Source: Proteobacteria bacterium UBA5680 (GTDB taxonomy: Bacteria > Pseudomonadota > Gammaproteobacteria > Arenicellales > UBA5680). From it: a stretch of 64,000 bases of DNA. The translations under genes were made by a program, and so were the position numbers. The notes beneath the pieces were generated by a model. It did no database searches and had not been told where the DNA came from. It saw only the letters and a program-made list of their open reading frames with translations. Positions 28,601 to 42,440 of this stretch are shown here, in pieces; position 1 is the first letter of the stretch; each line of letters begins with the position of its first letter. The stretch lies in contig DIIC01000017.1 of the NCBI GenBank assembly GCA_002420425.1, positions 12,052 through 76,051 of the forward strand, written 5' to 3'.

Positions 28601-29218
28601 TCACTGGAGACCCTGAGTGCTGAAAACAACGGTATCAAATGGGTTGCTGGTGAAATCCAGGTGGTTCGTATCATGAATACCCGGAGAGGGGAGAGAATGG
28701 CAGTGATTACCCTTGATGACGGCAGAGCTCAACTGGATATCCGCATTTTTCCAGAGCTCTATAGTCGCCAGAGAGAGCAGCTGGTGAAAGACCAGTTGGC
28801 GGTTGTATGCGGTGAAATTACTGTTGATGAATACAGCCGGGGTTATCAAATGCAGGCAGATCACCTGTTCAGCATCGATTTTCTTAGAAAGCATTACAGC
28901 AGTGCGCTTGTGATCAAGTTAAATCCTGCTGATTGCGGAACACCTTTCTTCCAGAAGTTGGAGGGTATGGTTGATAAATATAGAGGTAAGGGCTCTCCTA
29001 TTCTGTTTCAGTATCTGACAGAAGCGGGCGAGTCTGCCGCCCTTCAGGGAGGTGAGGATTGGAACATTGTGGTGACCCCTGAATCATTTCAATCAATTGC
29101 CCATGTGGTTGGGGAGGAGAATATCAACCTTCACTATGCCATTGAAGAACTTAGAGCCTTAGCTGCAGAATCATCACAGTCCAAGGGCAGATGGCGTAAT
29201 CGACGGCAAAAAACATGA
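25676..29218 (+). CDS. dnaE: DNA polymerase III alpha subunit
   Basis: About 1180 aa with PHP domain FVHLRVHSEYSLVDG, GPGRGSGAGSLVAWALGIT, PDFDIDF, and the NKSHSAAYAL and OB-fold regions. ATG 25676 lies inside the ORF opening at 25667. Confidence 0.95.
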   Translation: MKSEQPARSSAPFVHLRVHSEYSLVDGIVRIRQLVDRVRSLQMPAVAVTDVMNIFGAVKFYQAACKRGIKPLLGIDLSLKGTNNSERSPRLLVLCRTDQGYRSLCQLLTRAYRDGWSGGKVALEKSWLRDSTAGLIALSSGLDGEIGQAMLADNYSAAQKLAVDYSKLFPDCFYLELSRTGHGNEEEYISQALTLASEVGLPVVATNQVQFLDEDEYENHEVRVCINQGRVLSDQRRSRQFRAKQYLRSTEEMQTLFADIPEALQNSFEISRRCNVTIEFGKSYLPEFPLPRGQKVDTVFAKKAQQGLKQRLSTNDHAETFEHYSERLDLELDVIRQMGFAGYFLIVADFISWAKESDIPVGPGRGSGAGSLVAWALGITELDPIRYGLLFERFLNPERVSLPDFDIDFCMEGRDKVIDYVANRYGRDNVAQIVTYGTMAARAVVRDVGRVMNHPYGYVDTLAKLIPFEVGMTLSKALRQEVQLRERYEQEEEVKELIDSAKALEGLSRNVGKHAGGVVIAPSPLTDFSPLYLEQDSTQALTQFDKDDLEAVGLVKFDFLGLRTLTVIHWTVQMVNQYFLRSDQTPLNIALLDMDDRETFDLLKACKTTALFQLESRGMRDLVQRMQPDCFEDLIALVALFRPGPLQSGMVDDFINRKHGREEIEYPHPELESILSQTYGVILYQEQVMLIAQVLAGYTLGAADLLRQAMGKKKPEEMSRQGEIFRDGAKERGIDERIAKHIFDLMEKFAGYGFNKSHSAAYALVSYQTAWLKSHYPAPFLAASLSADMENTDKVVVLVNECRNFSIEVVRPDVNRCFYRFFPVETEKILYGLGAIKGVGFSAIEAIEDARESGGAFADLFDFCRRVDSKRINRRVLEALIKSGAMDEMGSHRASLLETLPIAVDLADQQTRDQQAGQGSLFGEIEMESRVEVFKSIDVWSDFTRLHFEKESLGLYLTGHPMDTFRDELNPLTKGSLETLSAENNGIKWVAGEIQVVRIMNTRRGERMAVITLDDGRAQLDIRIFPELYSRQREQLVKDQLAVVCGEITVDEYSRGYQMQADHLFSIDFLRKHYSSALVIKLNPADCGTPFFQKLEGMVDKYRGKGSPILFQYLTEAGESAALQGGEDWNIVVTPESFQSIAHVVGEENINLHYAIEELRALAAESSQSKGRWRNRRQKT

Positions 29219-29258
29219 TCAATCGTAAAATTGATCGTTCTGATATACTTTTACCTCT

Positions 29259-30218
29259 ATGGATATGAATTTTTTGGAGTTTGAAAAGCCAATCGCAGAG
29301 CTGGAAGCAAAGATAGAACAGCTTCGACATGTAAATCCTGATGGTGAGTTTAATATTGCTGATGAAATAAATCGCCTCGAAGAGAAGAGTCGATCACTCA
29401 CTCGTTCCATATTTAGCTCTCTCACATCCTGGCAGATCACACAACTCGCACGTCACCCACAGCGTCCCTATATTCAGGACTATCTCGATCGAATCTTTTC
29501 TGATTTTCAGGAGCTGCATGGTGACCGCATGTTTGGGGATGATCAGGCAATTCTTGGGGGGCTGGCAAGACTTCAGGGCCAGCCGGTTCTGATTATTGGA
29601 CATCAGAAGGGACGAGATACCACTCAAAAGGTCGAACGGAATTTTGGCATGCCAAGGCCTGAGGGCTATAGAAAGGCACAGCGGTTGATGCAACTTGCTA
29701 ATCGTTTTCAGATCCCGATTATCACTTTCATCGATACACCTGGCGCATATCCCGGAATTGATGCTGAAGAGAGGGGGCAGAGTGAGGCTATTGCCAGAAG
29801 TCTTTTTGTAATGGCAGAGCTGGAAGTGCCGGTAATATCGGTTGTCATCGGTGAGGGTGGATCAGGTGGAGCATTGGCAATTGGAGTATGCGACCGATTG
29901 TTAATGTTGCAGTACTCAACCTATTCAGTCATTTCACCTGAAGGCTGTGCATCCATCTTGTGGAAAAAGGCAGAACGGGCAGCGGATGCAGCAGAAGCAA
30001 TGGGGTTGACATCAATGCGACTCAAAGAGCTCGGGCTTGTTGACGAGGTTATTCCAGAGCCTCTGGGTGGGGCGCACCGCAACCCCGATGAGATGGCCAG
30101 CAGTCTTCAGGACATATTAGTCAAAGAGCTATCATTGTTACAGGCAGTTCCAGCTGATGAACTGCTCGCCAATCGGGAAATGCGCCTGATGCAGTATGGA
30201 GAATTTGAACTCCGTTGA
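29259..30218 (+). CDS. accA: Acetyl-CoA carboxylase carboxyltransferase alpha subunit
   Basis: 319-aa ORF starting [21 protein letters not shown], with [10 protein letters not shown] and [10 protein letters not shown]. Confidence 0.95.
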   Translation: MDMNFLEFEKPIAELEAKIEQLRHVNPDGEFNIADEINRLEEKSRSLTRSIFSSLTSWQITQLARHPQRPYIQDYLDRIFSDFQELHGDRMFGDDQAILGGLARLQGQPVLIIGHQKGRDTTQKVERNFGMPRPEGYRKAQRLMQLANRFQIPIITFIDTPGAYPGIDAEERGQSEAIARSLFVMAELEVPVISVVIGEGGSGGALAIGVCDRLLMLQYSTYSVISPEGCASILWKKAERAADAAEAMGLTSMRLKELGLVDEVIPEPLGGAHRNPDEMASSLQDILVKELSLLQAVPADELLANREMRLMQYGEFELR

Positions 30219-31588
30219 TGGCTTCTGGTGAGGGGGTTCCATTGCTTTCGCTCAAAAAACTTGAGTCCATTCTCTACGACCAGTTAAAACTTGACCCACA
30301 GAGCAGGTTGGTGATCGCGTATAGCGGCGGACTCGATTCATCCGTTCTGCTCCACCTTCTATGGCGCTTGAGTCAGCAGAGGCCGATTCAGCTGACAGCA
30401 GCACATTTTGACCATGGTATTGATCCGCGATCTGAGAGTTGGGCTGAACACTGTGAACAGGTGGTCAAGACACTGGATATTGATTTTGTTCGAGGGAATC
30501 GTGAATCAGCACCACTTCAGGGTGAAAGCCAGGAGATGATGGCCCGTCGCCTTCGCTACCAGTGGTTGCGAAGTGAAATGGGACGAGGTGATGCATTATT
30601 GACTGCACATCATCTTGATGACCAGGCAGAAACCATCCTGCTCCATCTTATGAGAGGTTCCGGCCTGCAGGGGTTAAGCGGAATTCCTGAGTTCAGGTCA
30701 TTTGATCCCGGTGTTCTCGCACGCCCCCTGCTCACTGTTCCACACCATGAGATAGAGGCGTATGGAAAAAAGTGGTCTCTCAGATGGATTGAAGACCCTT
30801 CAAACAACACTACCCATCATGATCGGAATTATATCCGCCACAAGATCATTCCACCGCTTAAGCAGCGGTGGGCGGCAGCTGCCCAACAGATTGGACGAAG
30901 TGCTCGAAATAATGCTGGTTCAGTTGCTGTGCTGGATGACCTCGTTCGAGGTGATCGAGATGGGTGTATCTCCCCGGGGCCGGCACTGTTCTCAAATGGA
31001 AGATACTGTCTTGATATTTCCAGAATCTTATCCCTTGGTGACGATCGGGCGATTCATCTGTTGCGGTTCTGGGTAAAAGATGCCCATTTCTCCAATATCC
31101 CGGGCATCCGGCTTAATGAGTTCTATCGTCAATTAAACTCAAGTGGAAAAGGGGTCTGCAGCTGGACAGGGGGAGAGATTAGAGCCTACAGGGGACGACT
31201 CTATCTCCTTTCGAACCCTCCAAGTCAGGGGGGTCCCCTTCCAAAGTGGAAGTTTCAGAGCCCTCTCAATATACCTTGCTCTTCGATTAGGTTGATCCCT
31301 GAAGAGGCAGAAGGCGAGGGGCTTGCTTTGAAATGGAGCTCTCAGGCGACACTTTTTTGGCGTCAGGGGGGAGAACGGTGCCATCTTCCTGGCCGTAACC
31401 ACTCCCAGGCACTCAAGAAAGTATACCAAGAGGCGAATATTCCTCCCTGGGAACGTCAGGCCCTTCCCCTGATAGGGGTCAATGGCGAGCTGGCAGCCAT
31501 TCCCGGGTTTATAACGTGCCAATCTTTTAAAGCGGCTCCTGACGAGAGAGGAGTTGTGATAAGAATCGAGGGCAGCGAGATGCTGTAA
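30215..31588 (+). CDS. tilS: tRNA(Ile)-lysidine synthase
   Basis: 457-aa ORF with the PP-loop [15 protein letters not shown] and HHLDDQAET. It follows accA as in many gammaproteobacteria. Confidence 0.88.
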   Translation: MMASGEGVPLLSLKKLESILYDQLKLDPQSRLVIAYSGGLDSSVLLHLLWRLSQQRPIQLTAAHFDHGIDPRSESWAEHCEQVVKTLDIDFVRGNRESAPLQGESQEMMARRLRYQWLRSEMGRGDALLTAHHLDDQAETILLHLMRGSGLQGLSGIPEFRSFDPGVLARPLLTVPHHEIEAYGKKWSLRWIEDPSNNTTHHDRNYIRHKIIPPLKQRWAAAAQQIGRSARNNAGSVAVLDDLVRGDRDGCISPGPALFSNGRYCLDISRILSLGDDRAIHLLRFWVKDAHFSNIPGIRLNEFYRQLNSSGKGVCSWTGGEIRAYRGRLYLLSNPPSQGGPLPKWKFQSPLNIPCSSIRLIPEEAEGEGLALKWSSQATLFWRQGGERCHLPGRNHSQALKKVYQEANIPPWERQALPLIGVNGELAAIPGFITCQSFKAAPDERGVVIRIEGSEML

Positions 31589-31726
31589 TCCGTATTGTGA
31601 GAGGAGGAACGAGTCTGTATATTCTGGTGGGGTGAGTTGTCTCTAAAATGAAGTCAGCGAGATGGCTTTTTTGAAGTATAATCAGATCTCCCGCCAGGGC
31701 TTCAAATGAGAAGGAGTCGTTGGTGA

Positions 31727-33388
<1,662 letters not shown>

Positions 33389-33391
33389 GCA

Positions 33392-34210
33392 GTGAAATTA
33401 TTGAATTGGGAAATTGGAAAGGGGTTTTCTTTCTTCCTTATTGCCGGTCCCTGTGTTATTGAGTCCAGAGAACTTGCACTCCAAACAGCAGAATATTTAA
33501 AACGTCTTACCGACAAGCTGGATATTCCATTTATCTACAAATCATCATTTGATAAAGCCAATAGAACGTCATCATCCTCTCCCAGGGGGCCTGGTATTGA
33601 GGAAGGACTGAAAATCCTGGAAGAGGTCAGGAGTGAGATTGAGGTTCCAGTCATTACCGACATTCACACTGCTCTGGAGGCATCAATTGCCGCCGAAGTT
33701 GTTGATATGCTGCAAACTCCTGCATTTCTCTGTCGTCAGACGGATTTGATTCAGGCTGCAGCCAAGACAGGGAAACCGATCAACATCAAAAAAGGACAGT
33801 TTCTCTCTCCACACGAGATGATGCAGGTGGTTGAGAAGGCATTTGAAGCCGGTGCTCGTTCAAGGACCCTTGTCTGTGAACGAGGAACAACATTTGGATA
33901 TAACAATCTTGTTGTTGATATGCGTTCTCTCAAGCAGTTGCGTGAAACCGGATGCCCTGTTGTATTTGATGCCACTCACTCTGTTCAGCAACCAGGGGGG
34001 CGCGGAGACTCAACAGGCGGTCAACGCCAATATATTCCATCACTTGCCCGGGCCGCTGTTGCAGTCGGGATTGACGGTCTTTTTCTGGAAACTCACCCTG
34101 ATCCTGATAAAGCATGGAGCGATGGCCCCAATTCATGGCCTCTTCTGCAGATGGAGAGCCTGCTTCAGAAGCTTGTTGATCTTGACAAAGTGGTAAACAG
34201 AGTTAACTGA
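33392..34210 (+). CDS. kdsA: 3-deoxy-8-phosphooctulonate synthase
   Basis: 272-aa ORF with [32 protein letters not shown]. pyrG-kdsA-eno order. Confidence 0.95.
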   Translation: MKLLNWEIGKGFSFFLIAGPCVIESRELALQTAEYLKRLTDKLDIPFIYKSSFDKANRTSSSSPRGPGIEEGLKILEEVRSEIEVPVITDIHTALEASIAAEVVDMLQTPAFLCRQTDLIQAAAKTGKPINIKKGQFLSPHEMMQVVEKAFEAGARSRTLVCERGTTFGYNNLVVDMRSLKQLRETGCPVVFDATHSVQQPGGRGDSTGGQRQYIPSLARAAVAVGIDGLFLETHPDPDKAWSDGPNSWPLLQMESLLQKLVDLDKVVNRVN

Positions 34211-34247
34211 AGTTCAACATATGCACCAGAACATACGACTGGTCTAA

Positions 34248-35567
<1,320 letters not shown>

Positions 35568-35601
35568 TACGCTCTGTTGAGTATGGCCTATTGAGCACTC
35601 T

Positions 35602-35880
35602 ATGAGATTGATTCTTGCCGGACTTATAATTTTGCTCCTGCTGATTCAGTCAGTGTTCTGGTTTGGCCGGCATGGCGTTCTTGATCTTCGACACCTGCAA
35701 AACCAGGTTGAAGTAATGGGTGAGGAGAATGAAAAACAGCGTGAAAAAAACCGCAAAATGACCGCAGTAGTCAAGGATCTCAAGCATGGCTATGAAGTAG
35801 TGGAGGGCAGGGCAAGGTCAGAACTTGGGATGATTAAGCAGGGAGAGGTGTTTTATCAAACCATTGAACGCCAGCAGTAA
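35602..35880 (+). CDS. ftsB: Cell division protein FtsB
   Basis: 92-aa ORF with one N-terminal TM helix, a coiled coil, and RARSELGMIKQGEVFYQ (typical FtsB C-terminal part). It follows eno. Confidence 0.88.
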   Translation: MRLILAGLIILLLLIQSVFWFGRHGVLDLRHLQNQVEVMGEENEKQREKNRKMTAVVKDLKHGYEVVEGRARSELGMIKQGEVFYQTIERQQ

Positions 35881-35967
35881 TCACCTTTTGACGAGTTCCG
35901 ATTAAATAAGTGTCAACTATTCGCTCAAAGAGAGTAATACCGTCTCTTTAAACAGGTTTCAACCAAC

Positions 35968-36999
35968 TCAACTCTCCTGCCCAATTGAATAGGGGAGTGT
36001 GTGGAGTGTGATCATTTGATTTTCTCGATTGCTGAGCGAAAAGCGTGATCCGGGTTCGCTTTGGGCGGGGAGGACAGCGAGTACATCCATCCCCTTGTTG
36101 AGGGTGCAGGCCGTGGCTACAAGAGTGCCTACTTTTTGCTGGTCACCATCAGTCGCTCTTAGGGTATCGCCTGCACTGGGGTAATCTTCGGGTTGAAGTG
36201 ATGAGATATCAATATGGCCTGAGAACATTCTTCTTTTGAGTTTTCCCCGGTATCGCATCCTTGCAACGATCTCCTGTCCTGGGTAACAGCCTTTTGTGAA
36301 GCTTACTCCATCAAGAAGGTCAAGATTGACCTCCTGGGGGACAAACAACTCGGATGTGGTGATCGAAATCTCTGGAATTCCATGACGGATATTGAGCCAG
36401 TGGTGATGATTCTCATCAGCTGCCAGAACGGGTTGATCAAGTTCAGCCCGTAGGGTTTTAAGAGATTCAGCTTCGCCTATGATTAAAGCTCTCTCTTGAT
36501 TGTTGGGATAGTTGTGGAGGGTGATTCCACACTTAGAGTCGAGTGTATCGACAAGAAGTTTAATGTTGTGAATCAACTGACCCCCACAAAGTTCAACCAC
36601 CTCGATAGTTTGCGGCGCTTTTTCGACACTAACCTTGGCCCGCAGAATATACATTTTTAACCTTGATGTTACTGGATCAATATTATTTGAAGGGAGCAAC
36701 AAGATAAATCCAAGAGGTGATCGCAGAACCATAAAGGTGGTCAATAGACGACCCTTGGGATTGCACCAACCAGAATAGGTTGATTGATTTAAAGTAAGGG
36801 CGGAGATATCACAGGTCAGCTGAGACTGGAGGAACTCATCAGCATCTTCGCCATTGACATAGATCAAACCAAAACCACACTCAGTGATAACAATGCCTTC
36901 AGAAGATGGGCACGAGGATGCAGTTGAATTGGCTTCAGGAGGCAGATCAGCCCTAAGCCTTTCTTTTGGATCCAATGGATTATTTGGCGTGTATTGCAT
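35968..36999 (-). CDS. ygfZ: Folate-binding tRNA-modification / Fe-S repair protein YgfZ family
   Basis: 343-aa ORF containing the family signature KGCYPGQEIVARMRYRGKLKRRM. Confidence 0.85.
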   Translation of the reverse strand: MQYTPNNPLDPKERLRADLPPEANSTASSCPSSEGIVITECGFGLIYVNGEDADEFLQSQLTCDISALTLNQSTYSGWCNPKGRLLTTFMVLRSPLGFILLLPSNNIDPVTSRLKMYILRAKVSVEKAPQTIEVVELCGGQLIHNIKLLVDTLDSKCGITLHNYPNNQERALIIGEAESLKTLRAELDQPVLAADENHHHWLNIRHGIPEISITTSELFVPQEVNLDLLDGVSFTKGCYPGQEIVARMRYRGKLKRRMFSGHIDISSLQPEDYPSAGDTLRATDGDQQKVGTLVATACTLNKGMDVLAVLPAQSEPGSRFSLSNRENQMITLHTLPYSIGQES

Positions 37000-37277
37000 T
37001 ATTCGTTCATCAGGTTGGCTTTAATATGATAAGCCTACCGAAAGAGACGCATGGTGTCAGTATGTGTCATCCAGAAAATAATCGGATCAGCTAATTCTGG
37101 TTCATCGATCAATTTAAACTCTACAAATGGATTGTATTGATACGCCGGTTGAAACTGTGTTAAACGATGGATGAGGATTGGATTTATCACTAAAAAACGC
37201 TAACTAACTTCCACATTTTAGAGATAGTATCGGTGCAGAAAAAAGCAACAGCCTAAACCCAATTTCTCCCTAAAAAA

Positions 37278-38435
37278 GTGAATAAAAAGATGACCCTATC
37301 GGCTAACTGGTCTTTTCCCACATCAATTAGATTTGGAGAGGGTAGAGTTTGTGAGCTGGCAGATGTTTGTCAACAATCAGGCATCAGCAATCCACTTCTG
37401 GTGACTGACCGGGTCCTTGCAGAGTTCCCGATGATCACCAGAGTAATTTCCATCCTCAAAGAGGGTGGATTCAATCCTGTCCTGTTTTCAAAGGTAGATC
37501 CCAATCCAACAGAGAGAAATGTCGAGGAAGGGCTCGAACTATATCGAAGTGGGCACCATGATGGAGTGATCGCAATGGGTGGAGGCTCTGCCCTTGATCT
37601 TGGAAAGATACTGGCATTTATGGTGAGGCAGCAACGACCACTCTGGGATTTTGAGGATATTGGAGATTGGTGGAAGAGGGCTGATGAAAAAGTGATCGAC
37701 CCGATAATTGCAATACCCACCACTTCGGGAACAGGAGCTGAGGTAGGCAGGGCATCGGTTATTACTGATTCTGTAAATCACCTGAAAAAAATTATCTTTC
37801 ATCCTAAGATTCTTCCGTCACAAGTTATTTGTGATCCCCAGTTGACGGTTACGATGCCTCAAGTTGTCACTGTTGGAACAGGGATGGATGCCTTGGTTCA
37901 CTGTATCGAGGCTTTCTACTCGCCACACTATCACCCGATGAGTCAGGGCATAGCTCTAGAAGGTATGAGACTTGTTTTCAATAACTTGCCAAAGGTATTT
38001 AATGACGGAGGTGATATTGTGGCAAGGTCACATCTGATGTCAGCAGCGGCAATGGGCGCTGTTGCTTTCCAGAAGGGGCTTGGTGCTTCACATGCGGTAT
38101 CACACCCTGTCGGTGCCCTCTATAACACTCCCCATGGGATGACAAATGCGGTCGTAATCCCTTATGTCCTTGAGATGAATAGAGAAGCCATTGAGAAGCA
38201 GATCTCAGGCGCTGCCAATTATCTTGACATGCCAGGAGGGTTTGACGGTTTTCATGGTCATCTAACAGCAATGAGCAGAGAGCTGAATGTACCCCAGAAA
38301 CTGGCCGACCTGGGTGTAGATAGGAAACATATTGATGTCTTGACCAGAATGGCTCTTGAAGACCCGAGTGCTGCTGGTAATCCCATTAAGATGGAGTATA
38401 AAAACACTCGAGCACTTATCGAAGCTTCGCTCTGA
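37278..38435 (+). CDS. Iron-containing (group III) alcohol dehydrogenase
   Basis: 385-aa ORF with the GGGSALDLGK nucleotide-binding motif and a His cluster (DALVHCIEAF, SHAVSHPVG) typical of Fe-ADHs. Substrate unknown. Confidence 0.85.
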   Translation: MNKKMTLSANWSFPTSIRFGEGRVCELADVCQQSGISNPLLVTDRVLAEFPMITRVISILKEGGFNPVLFSKVDPNPTERNVEEGLELYRSGHHDGVIAMGGGSALDLGKILAFMVRQQRPLWDFEDIGDWWKRADEKVIDPIIAIPTTSGTGAEVGRASVITDSVNHLKKIIFHPKILPSQVICDPQLTVTMPQVVTVGTGMDALVHCIEAFYSPHYHPMSQGIALEGMRLVFNNLPKVFNDGGDIVARSHLMSAAAMGAVAFQKGLGASHAVSHPVGALYNTPHGMTNAVVIPYVLEMNREAIEKQISGAANYLDMPGGFDGFHGHLTAMSRELNVPQKLADLGVDRKHIDVLTRMALEDPSAAGNPIKMEYKNTRALIEASL

Positions 38436-38725
38436 TCTACGATGGTCTGGATAGGCTCTGGTTCCCATTCCGGGGGTATGCGCTGTCGGTGTTAAAAACC
38501 ACTCGCTCTATCTGTGCTTTTGACTTTAAACTGGCCGCCAATGAGGGTGTGATAATGAGAAATTGTGACTCGCTTCATTGTTATTGGGACCATTTCTTCC
38601 GATAATCATAATCAGGTGAGATCAAGACAATTGCGATCATTCTGCTCGTCAAGTAATAGGTAAAGGTGTTGTAAAAACAGGGAAATAATGTTGTAACCTC
38701 GATCTGTAGCCGTTAAATTCTCGGG

Positions 38726-38741
38726 TTGAATTCGAATTCAA
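38726..38741. promoter_or_regulatory. Perfect 16-bp palindrome TTGAATTCGAATTCAA upstream of the SDHAF4-like/sdh genes (candidate operator)
   Basis: Read directly; it is identical to its reverse complement. It ends 15 nt upstream of ATG 38756. Confidence 0.45.
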
Positions 38742-38755
38742 ATCCAGGTTCAAAA

Positions 38756-38944
38756 ATGAACAAATCAAAAACCAGAGATCTTGGTCCAGAAGAGTCACCC
38801 TCTCATCCAGAGAAAAAGAGTCGCGTTGATGGGGATTCTGATCAAAAGACAGAAGGAGCCCCAAGAGAGATTGGAGGACGGAAGGGGCCTGATCCCACCC
38901 GTTATGGTGACTGGGAGAAGAAGGGTCGTTGCATCGATTTTTGA
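38756..38944 (+). CDS. DUF1674 / succinate dehydrogenase assembly factor 4 (SDHAF4, Sdh8)-like protein
   Basis: 62 aa from ATG 38756 (the ORF opens at TTG 38726). The C-terminus EIGGRKGPDPTRYGDWEKKGRCIDF matches the SDHAF4/DUF1674 C-terminal signature as I recall it. It lies directly upstream of sdhC. Confidence 0.85.
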   Translation: MNKSKTRDLGPEESPSHPEKKSRVDGDSDQKTEGAPREIGGRKGPDPTRYGDWEKKGRCIDF

Positions 38945-39035
38945 TAAAAACCATGATTCTTAATATCATTTTATTTTATAATGCCGCGGTTTCCAGATTA
39001 ACCACAAATATCAGATCGGACAGTGAGCCCAGCAA

Positions 39036-39434
39036 GTGAAAAGAGCAAGACCCCTCTCCCCACATCTTCTGATTTATAAGCCACAATTGACATCACTGCT
39101 CTCAGTGATCCACCGGGGAACCGGCATCTTTCTCTCTTTCGGAATTCCAGTTCTTGTCATCTGGCTCCTCACATTGGCATTTTCCAGTGAGGGTTATTAC
39201 TGTATGGATCTACTCATCTCCTCATTTATCGGTCGCCTCGCCCTTTTTGGGTGGACCTTCTCTCTCTTCTACCATCTCTGTAATGGAATTCGCCATTTGG
39301 GATGGGATGCAGGATGGGGCATGGATATGCCCACCCTCTATAAGACGGGCTGGATTGTGGTCCTCCTCTCTTTGCTGCTCACCGTTGCCGCCTGGTCTCT
39401 TGGTTATGCCGTTCGTGCAGGAGCTGGAGCGTGA
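39036..39434 (+). CDS. sdhC: Succinate dehydrogenase cytochrome b556 subunit
   Basis: 132-aa ORF (GTG start) with RPLSPHLLIYKPQLTSLLSVIHRGTG and three TM helices. Confidence 0.9.
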   Translation: MKRARPLSPHLLIYKPQLTSLLSVIHRGTGIFLSFGIPVLVIWLLTLAFSSEGYYCMDLLISSFIGRLALFGWTFSLFYHLCNGIRHLGWDAGWGMDMPTLYKTGWIVVLLSLLLTVAAWSLGYAVRAGAGA

Positions 39435-39790
39435 GTAGCCCAATCAAAAACAATCACGTTGACCATGGCGGTGTCTCCCACTGGTGGTGGCAGAAGATTA
39501 CAGCGGTCGCATTGATTCCCCTCTCTTTTTGGTTTGTTGCCGGAGTGGTCTCTCATGTCGGATCAGATCAGGAGGCTTTTGCAAGGTGGGTTGGCGCACC
39601 CTTCAATGCATTCCTTATTATCCTCTTCCTGATAAATATCAATCTTCACTCTCAAATTGGAATACAGGCAGTGATTGATGACTATATTCATGGCAGGGCA
39701 TTAAAAAAATGGTCCTCGCTATCGGTAAAGGCGATTCATCTGCTATTCGCTTTGCTTTCGGTAATTGCAGTTCTTTCGCTCACCCTTTGA
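39431..39790 (+). CDS. sdhD: Succinate dehydrogenase hydrophobic membrane anchor subunit
   Basis: 119-aa three-TM ORF overlapping the sdhC stop, with the WWQKITAVALIPL segment. Position between sdhC and sdhA. Confidence 0.85.
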   Translation: MSSPIKNNHVDHGGVSHWWWQKITAVALIPLSFWFVAGVVSHVGSDQEAFARWVGAPFNAFLIILFLININLHSQIGIQAVIDDYIHGRALKKWSSLSVKAIHLLFALLSVIAVLSLTL

Positions 39791-39810
39791 GTTAATCAGG
39801 TTATCTCCAG

Positions 39811-41595
39811 ATGAAAAGTAAATATCAGATTATTGACCATGAACATGATGTGATTGTGGTGGGCGCCGGTGGAGCCGGTCTGAGGGCGACGATGGGACTT
39901 GCCGAGGCGGGGCTTAAAACTGCAAATCTGACAAAGGTCTTCCCCACACGAAGCCATACGGTTGCTGCTCAGGGTGGAGTCAGTGCGGCGCTGGGTAACA
40001 TGGGCGAGGATGACTGGCGCTGGCACATGTATGACACGGTCAAAGGGTCTGACTGGCTTGGTGATCAGGACGCCATAGAATATATGTGCCGAGAGGCTGC
40101 CGATGCGATTATTGAGCTGGAACATTATGGGGTGCCCTTTTCAAGGACTGAAGAGGGAAAGATTTATCAACGTGCTTTTGGAGGCATGACCACTCACTTT
40201 GGTCAAGAGCAGGCGATGCGCACCTGTGCGGCAGCAGATCGTACAGGCCACGCCATTCTTCATACGCTCTATCAGCAGTCACTCAGACATAACGCCGAAT
40301 TTTACATCGAATACTTTGTCCTTGATCTGATCATGGAGAATGGAGCCTGTCGAGGTGTTCTGGCCTGGTGTTTGGATGATGGAACACTCCATCGTTTTAA
40401 TGCTTCGATAACCATTATGGCAACAGGTGGTTACGGAAGGGCCTATTTTTCCTGTACCTCTGCCCACACCTGTACCGGAGACGGTAATGCCATGGTACTG
40501 CGTGCAGGATTACCCCTGCAGGACATGGAATTTGTTCAATTCCACCCAACGGGTATCTATGGAGCAGGCACATTGATTACGGAAGGGGCTCGGGGTGAAG
40601 GTGGTTTTCTGACCAATGCAGAGGGTGAGCGCTTTATGCCGCGTTACGCACCCAATGCAAAAGATCTGGCATCAAGAGATGTAGTCAGTCGGTCCATGAC
40701 AATGGAGATCAGAGGCGGGCGGGGGTGTGGTGAAGAGAAGGATCATCTTCTCCTTCATCTGGAGCACCTTGGGGCTGACGTTCTTGAAGAGCGTCTTCCC
40801 GGCATTTCTGAGTCTGCGATGATCTTTGCAGGCGTTGATGTGACCCGAGACCCAATACCCGTTCTACCAACAGTCCACTACAACATGGGCGGTATTCCGA
40901 CAAACCATCATGGTGAGGTTATTGACCTGGATGGGAGTGGTGATGATGGTTTGGTTCCGGGATTGATGGCTGTCGGTGAGTCTGCCTGTGTTTCGGTCCA
41001 TGGTGCAAATCGATTGGGCTCAAACTCACTTCTTGATCTTGTGGTATTTGGTCGCGCTGCCGCCCGGCGCGCTATTGAATTGGCCAAGGAGGGTGATCGC
41101 CAACCTCTGAGTGCCGAGAGTGGAGAGCAGGCCATTGCTCATTTTGATCGATATCGGCAAGCAAGCGGCGATACGCCTACTTCAGTCCTTCGCCTTAAGA
41201 TGCAACGCATCATGCAGAATAATTGTGCTGTTTTCAGAAATGGTGAGATTCTTTCTGAGGGTTTTAAGCAACTGATTGATGTGTGGCAGGGAATGGATGA
41301 TATTCGTGTTACTGATCGTGGCATGGAGTGGAATACAGATCTCGTCGAGACCCTCGAACTGGATAATCTCATCAGGCAGGCTATGGTAACCCTCCACTCA
41401 GCACTGAATCGGGAGGAGAGTCGTGGTGCTCATGCCCGTGAGGATTTTCCAGACAGAGATGACGACAAGTGGATGAAGCACTCGTTGGTCTGGTTTGAAT
41501 CAGACGGCGTGCCAAGGCTTCAGTATCGTCCAGTCCATCTTGAGACCCTGACGGATGAAGTTGAAACCATAGCACCCAAAGCAAGAGTCTATTGA
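39811..41595 (+). CDS. sdhA: Succinate dehydrogenase flavoprotein subunit
   Basis: 594-aa ORF with [11 protein letters not shown], the flavinylation site [10 protein letters not shown], and HPTG and [12 protein letters not shown] motifs. Confidence 0.97.
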   Translation: MKSKYQIIDHEHDVIVVGAGGAGLRATMGLAEAGLKTANLTKVFPTRSHTVAAQGGVSAALGNMGEDDWRWHMYDTVKGSDWLGDQDAIEYMCREAADAIIELEHYGVPFSRTEEGKIYQRAFGGMTTHFGQEQAMRTCAAADRTGHAILHTLYQQSLRHNAEFYIEYFVLDLIMENGACRGVLAWCLDDGTLHRFNASITIMATGGYGRAYFSCTSAHTCTGDGNAMVLRAGLPLQDMEFVQFHPTGIYGAGTLITEGARGEGGFLTNAEGERFMPRYAPNAKDLASRDVVSRSMTMEIRGGRGCGEEKDHLLLHLEHLGADVLEERLPGISESAMIFAGVDVTRDPIPVLPTVHYNMGGIPTNHHGEVIDLDGSGDDGLVPGLMAVGESACVSVHGANRLGSNSLLDLVVFGRAAARRAIELAKEGDRQPLSAESGEQAIAHFDRYRQASGDTPTSVLRLKMQRIMQNNCAVFRNGEILSEGFKQLIDVWQGMDDIRVTDRGMEWNTDLVETLELDNLIRQAMVTLHSALNREESRGAHAREDFPDRDDDKWMKHSLVWFESDGVPRLQYRPVHLETLTDEVETIAPKARVY

Positions 41596-41624
41596 ACCAA
41601 ATGGTAACCGGATGAGAAACTGAA

Positions 41625-42413
41625 ATGGTCGAATTCACACTACCCCCCAATTCGGTGATTAATAAAAAGGGAAAGCACTTTGATGCTTCAGAGGGAGCGG
41701 TTCGCAAAAAAGAGTTCAGGATCTATCGTTGGGATCCGGCGGATGAAAATAACCCGAGAATAGACACTTACACCCTCGATCTGGATCAATGCGGGCCTAT
41801 GGTGCTTGATGTCCTGATAAAGATCAAAGATGAAATTGACCCTACATTGACTTTCAGACGCTCTTGTCGTGAAGGAATATGTGGATCATGCGCAATGAAT
41901 ATAGATGGGACAAACACCCTCGCCTGTACCAAGCCAATTGATGAGATTAAGAGCGTGGTCAAGATCTACCCTCTGCCTCATATGAATATTGTCAAAGATC
42001 TTGTGGCCGAGATGACGCATTTTTATCAGCAGTATGCTTCTGTAGAGCCATGGTTGAAATCAGATTCACCACCACCGGAACAAGGGGAACGTCTTCAGAG
42101 CAAGGCTGAGCGCGCCCTGTTGGATGGGCTCTATGAGTGCATCTTGTGTGGATCGTGCTCAATGAGTTGCCCGAGCTACTGGTGGAATGGTGAGCAATAT
42201 CTTGGGCCGGCTGTATTGATGCAGGCCTATCGATGGATTGTTGATAGTCGAGATGATGCTGCAAAAAAGCGGCTGGAAGAGTTAAATGGAACATTTCGAC
42301 TCTACCGTTGTCATACCATCATGAACTGTACCCGAACTTGTCCCAAGGGGCTTAATCCAGGTAGAGCCATTGCCGAGATCAAGAAGATGTTGGCCACCCA
42401 GAAGAGTGGCTAA
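41625..42413 (+). CDS. sdhB: Succinate dehydrogenase iron-sulfur subunit
   Basis: 262-aa ORF with three Cys clusters: [47 protein letters not shown]. Confidence 0.97.
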   Translation: MVEFTLPPNSVINKKGKHFDASEGAVRKKEFRIYRWDPADENNPRIDTYTLDLDQCGPMVLDVLIKIKDEIDPTLTFRRSCREGICGSCAMNIDGTNTLACTKPIDEIKSVVKIYPLPHMNIVKDLVAEMTHFYQQYASVEPWLKSDSPPPEQGERLQSKAERALLDGLYECILCGSCSMSCPSYWWNGEQYLGPAVLMQAYRWIVDSRDDAAKKRLEELNGTFRLYRCHTIMNCTRTCPKGLNPGRAIAEIKKMLATQKSG

Positions 42414-42440
42414 ACTCGAAAACAGTGAGATTGAACTCTC

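Noticed and set aside
35927-35949. Hairpin AAAGAGA-gtaataccg-TCTCTTT between convergent ftsB and ygfZ; a similar one, ATAGTGC-gcccttg-GCACTAT, at 47142-47162 after degP.
   Set aside because: The stems are short and AT-rich and lack a convincing U-tract, so I do not annotate them as terminators.
37000-37277. Considered 6S RNA or another ncRNA in the ygfZ/ADH divergent spacer, because ssrS lies in a comparable neighbourhood in E. coli.
   Set aside because: The spacer is AT-rich, with none of the GC-rich closing stems or central-bubble architecture of 6S RNA.
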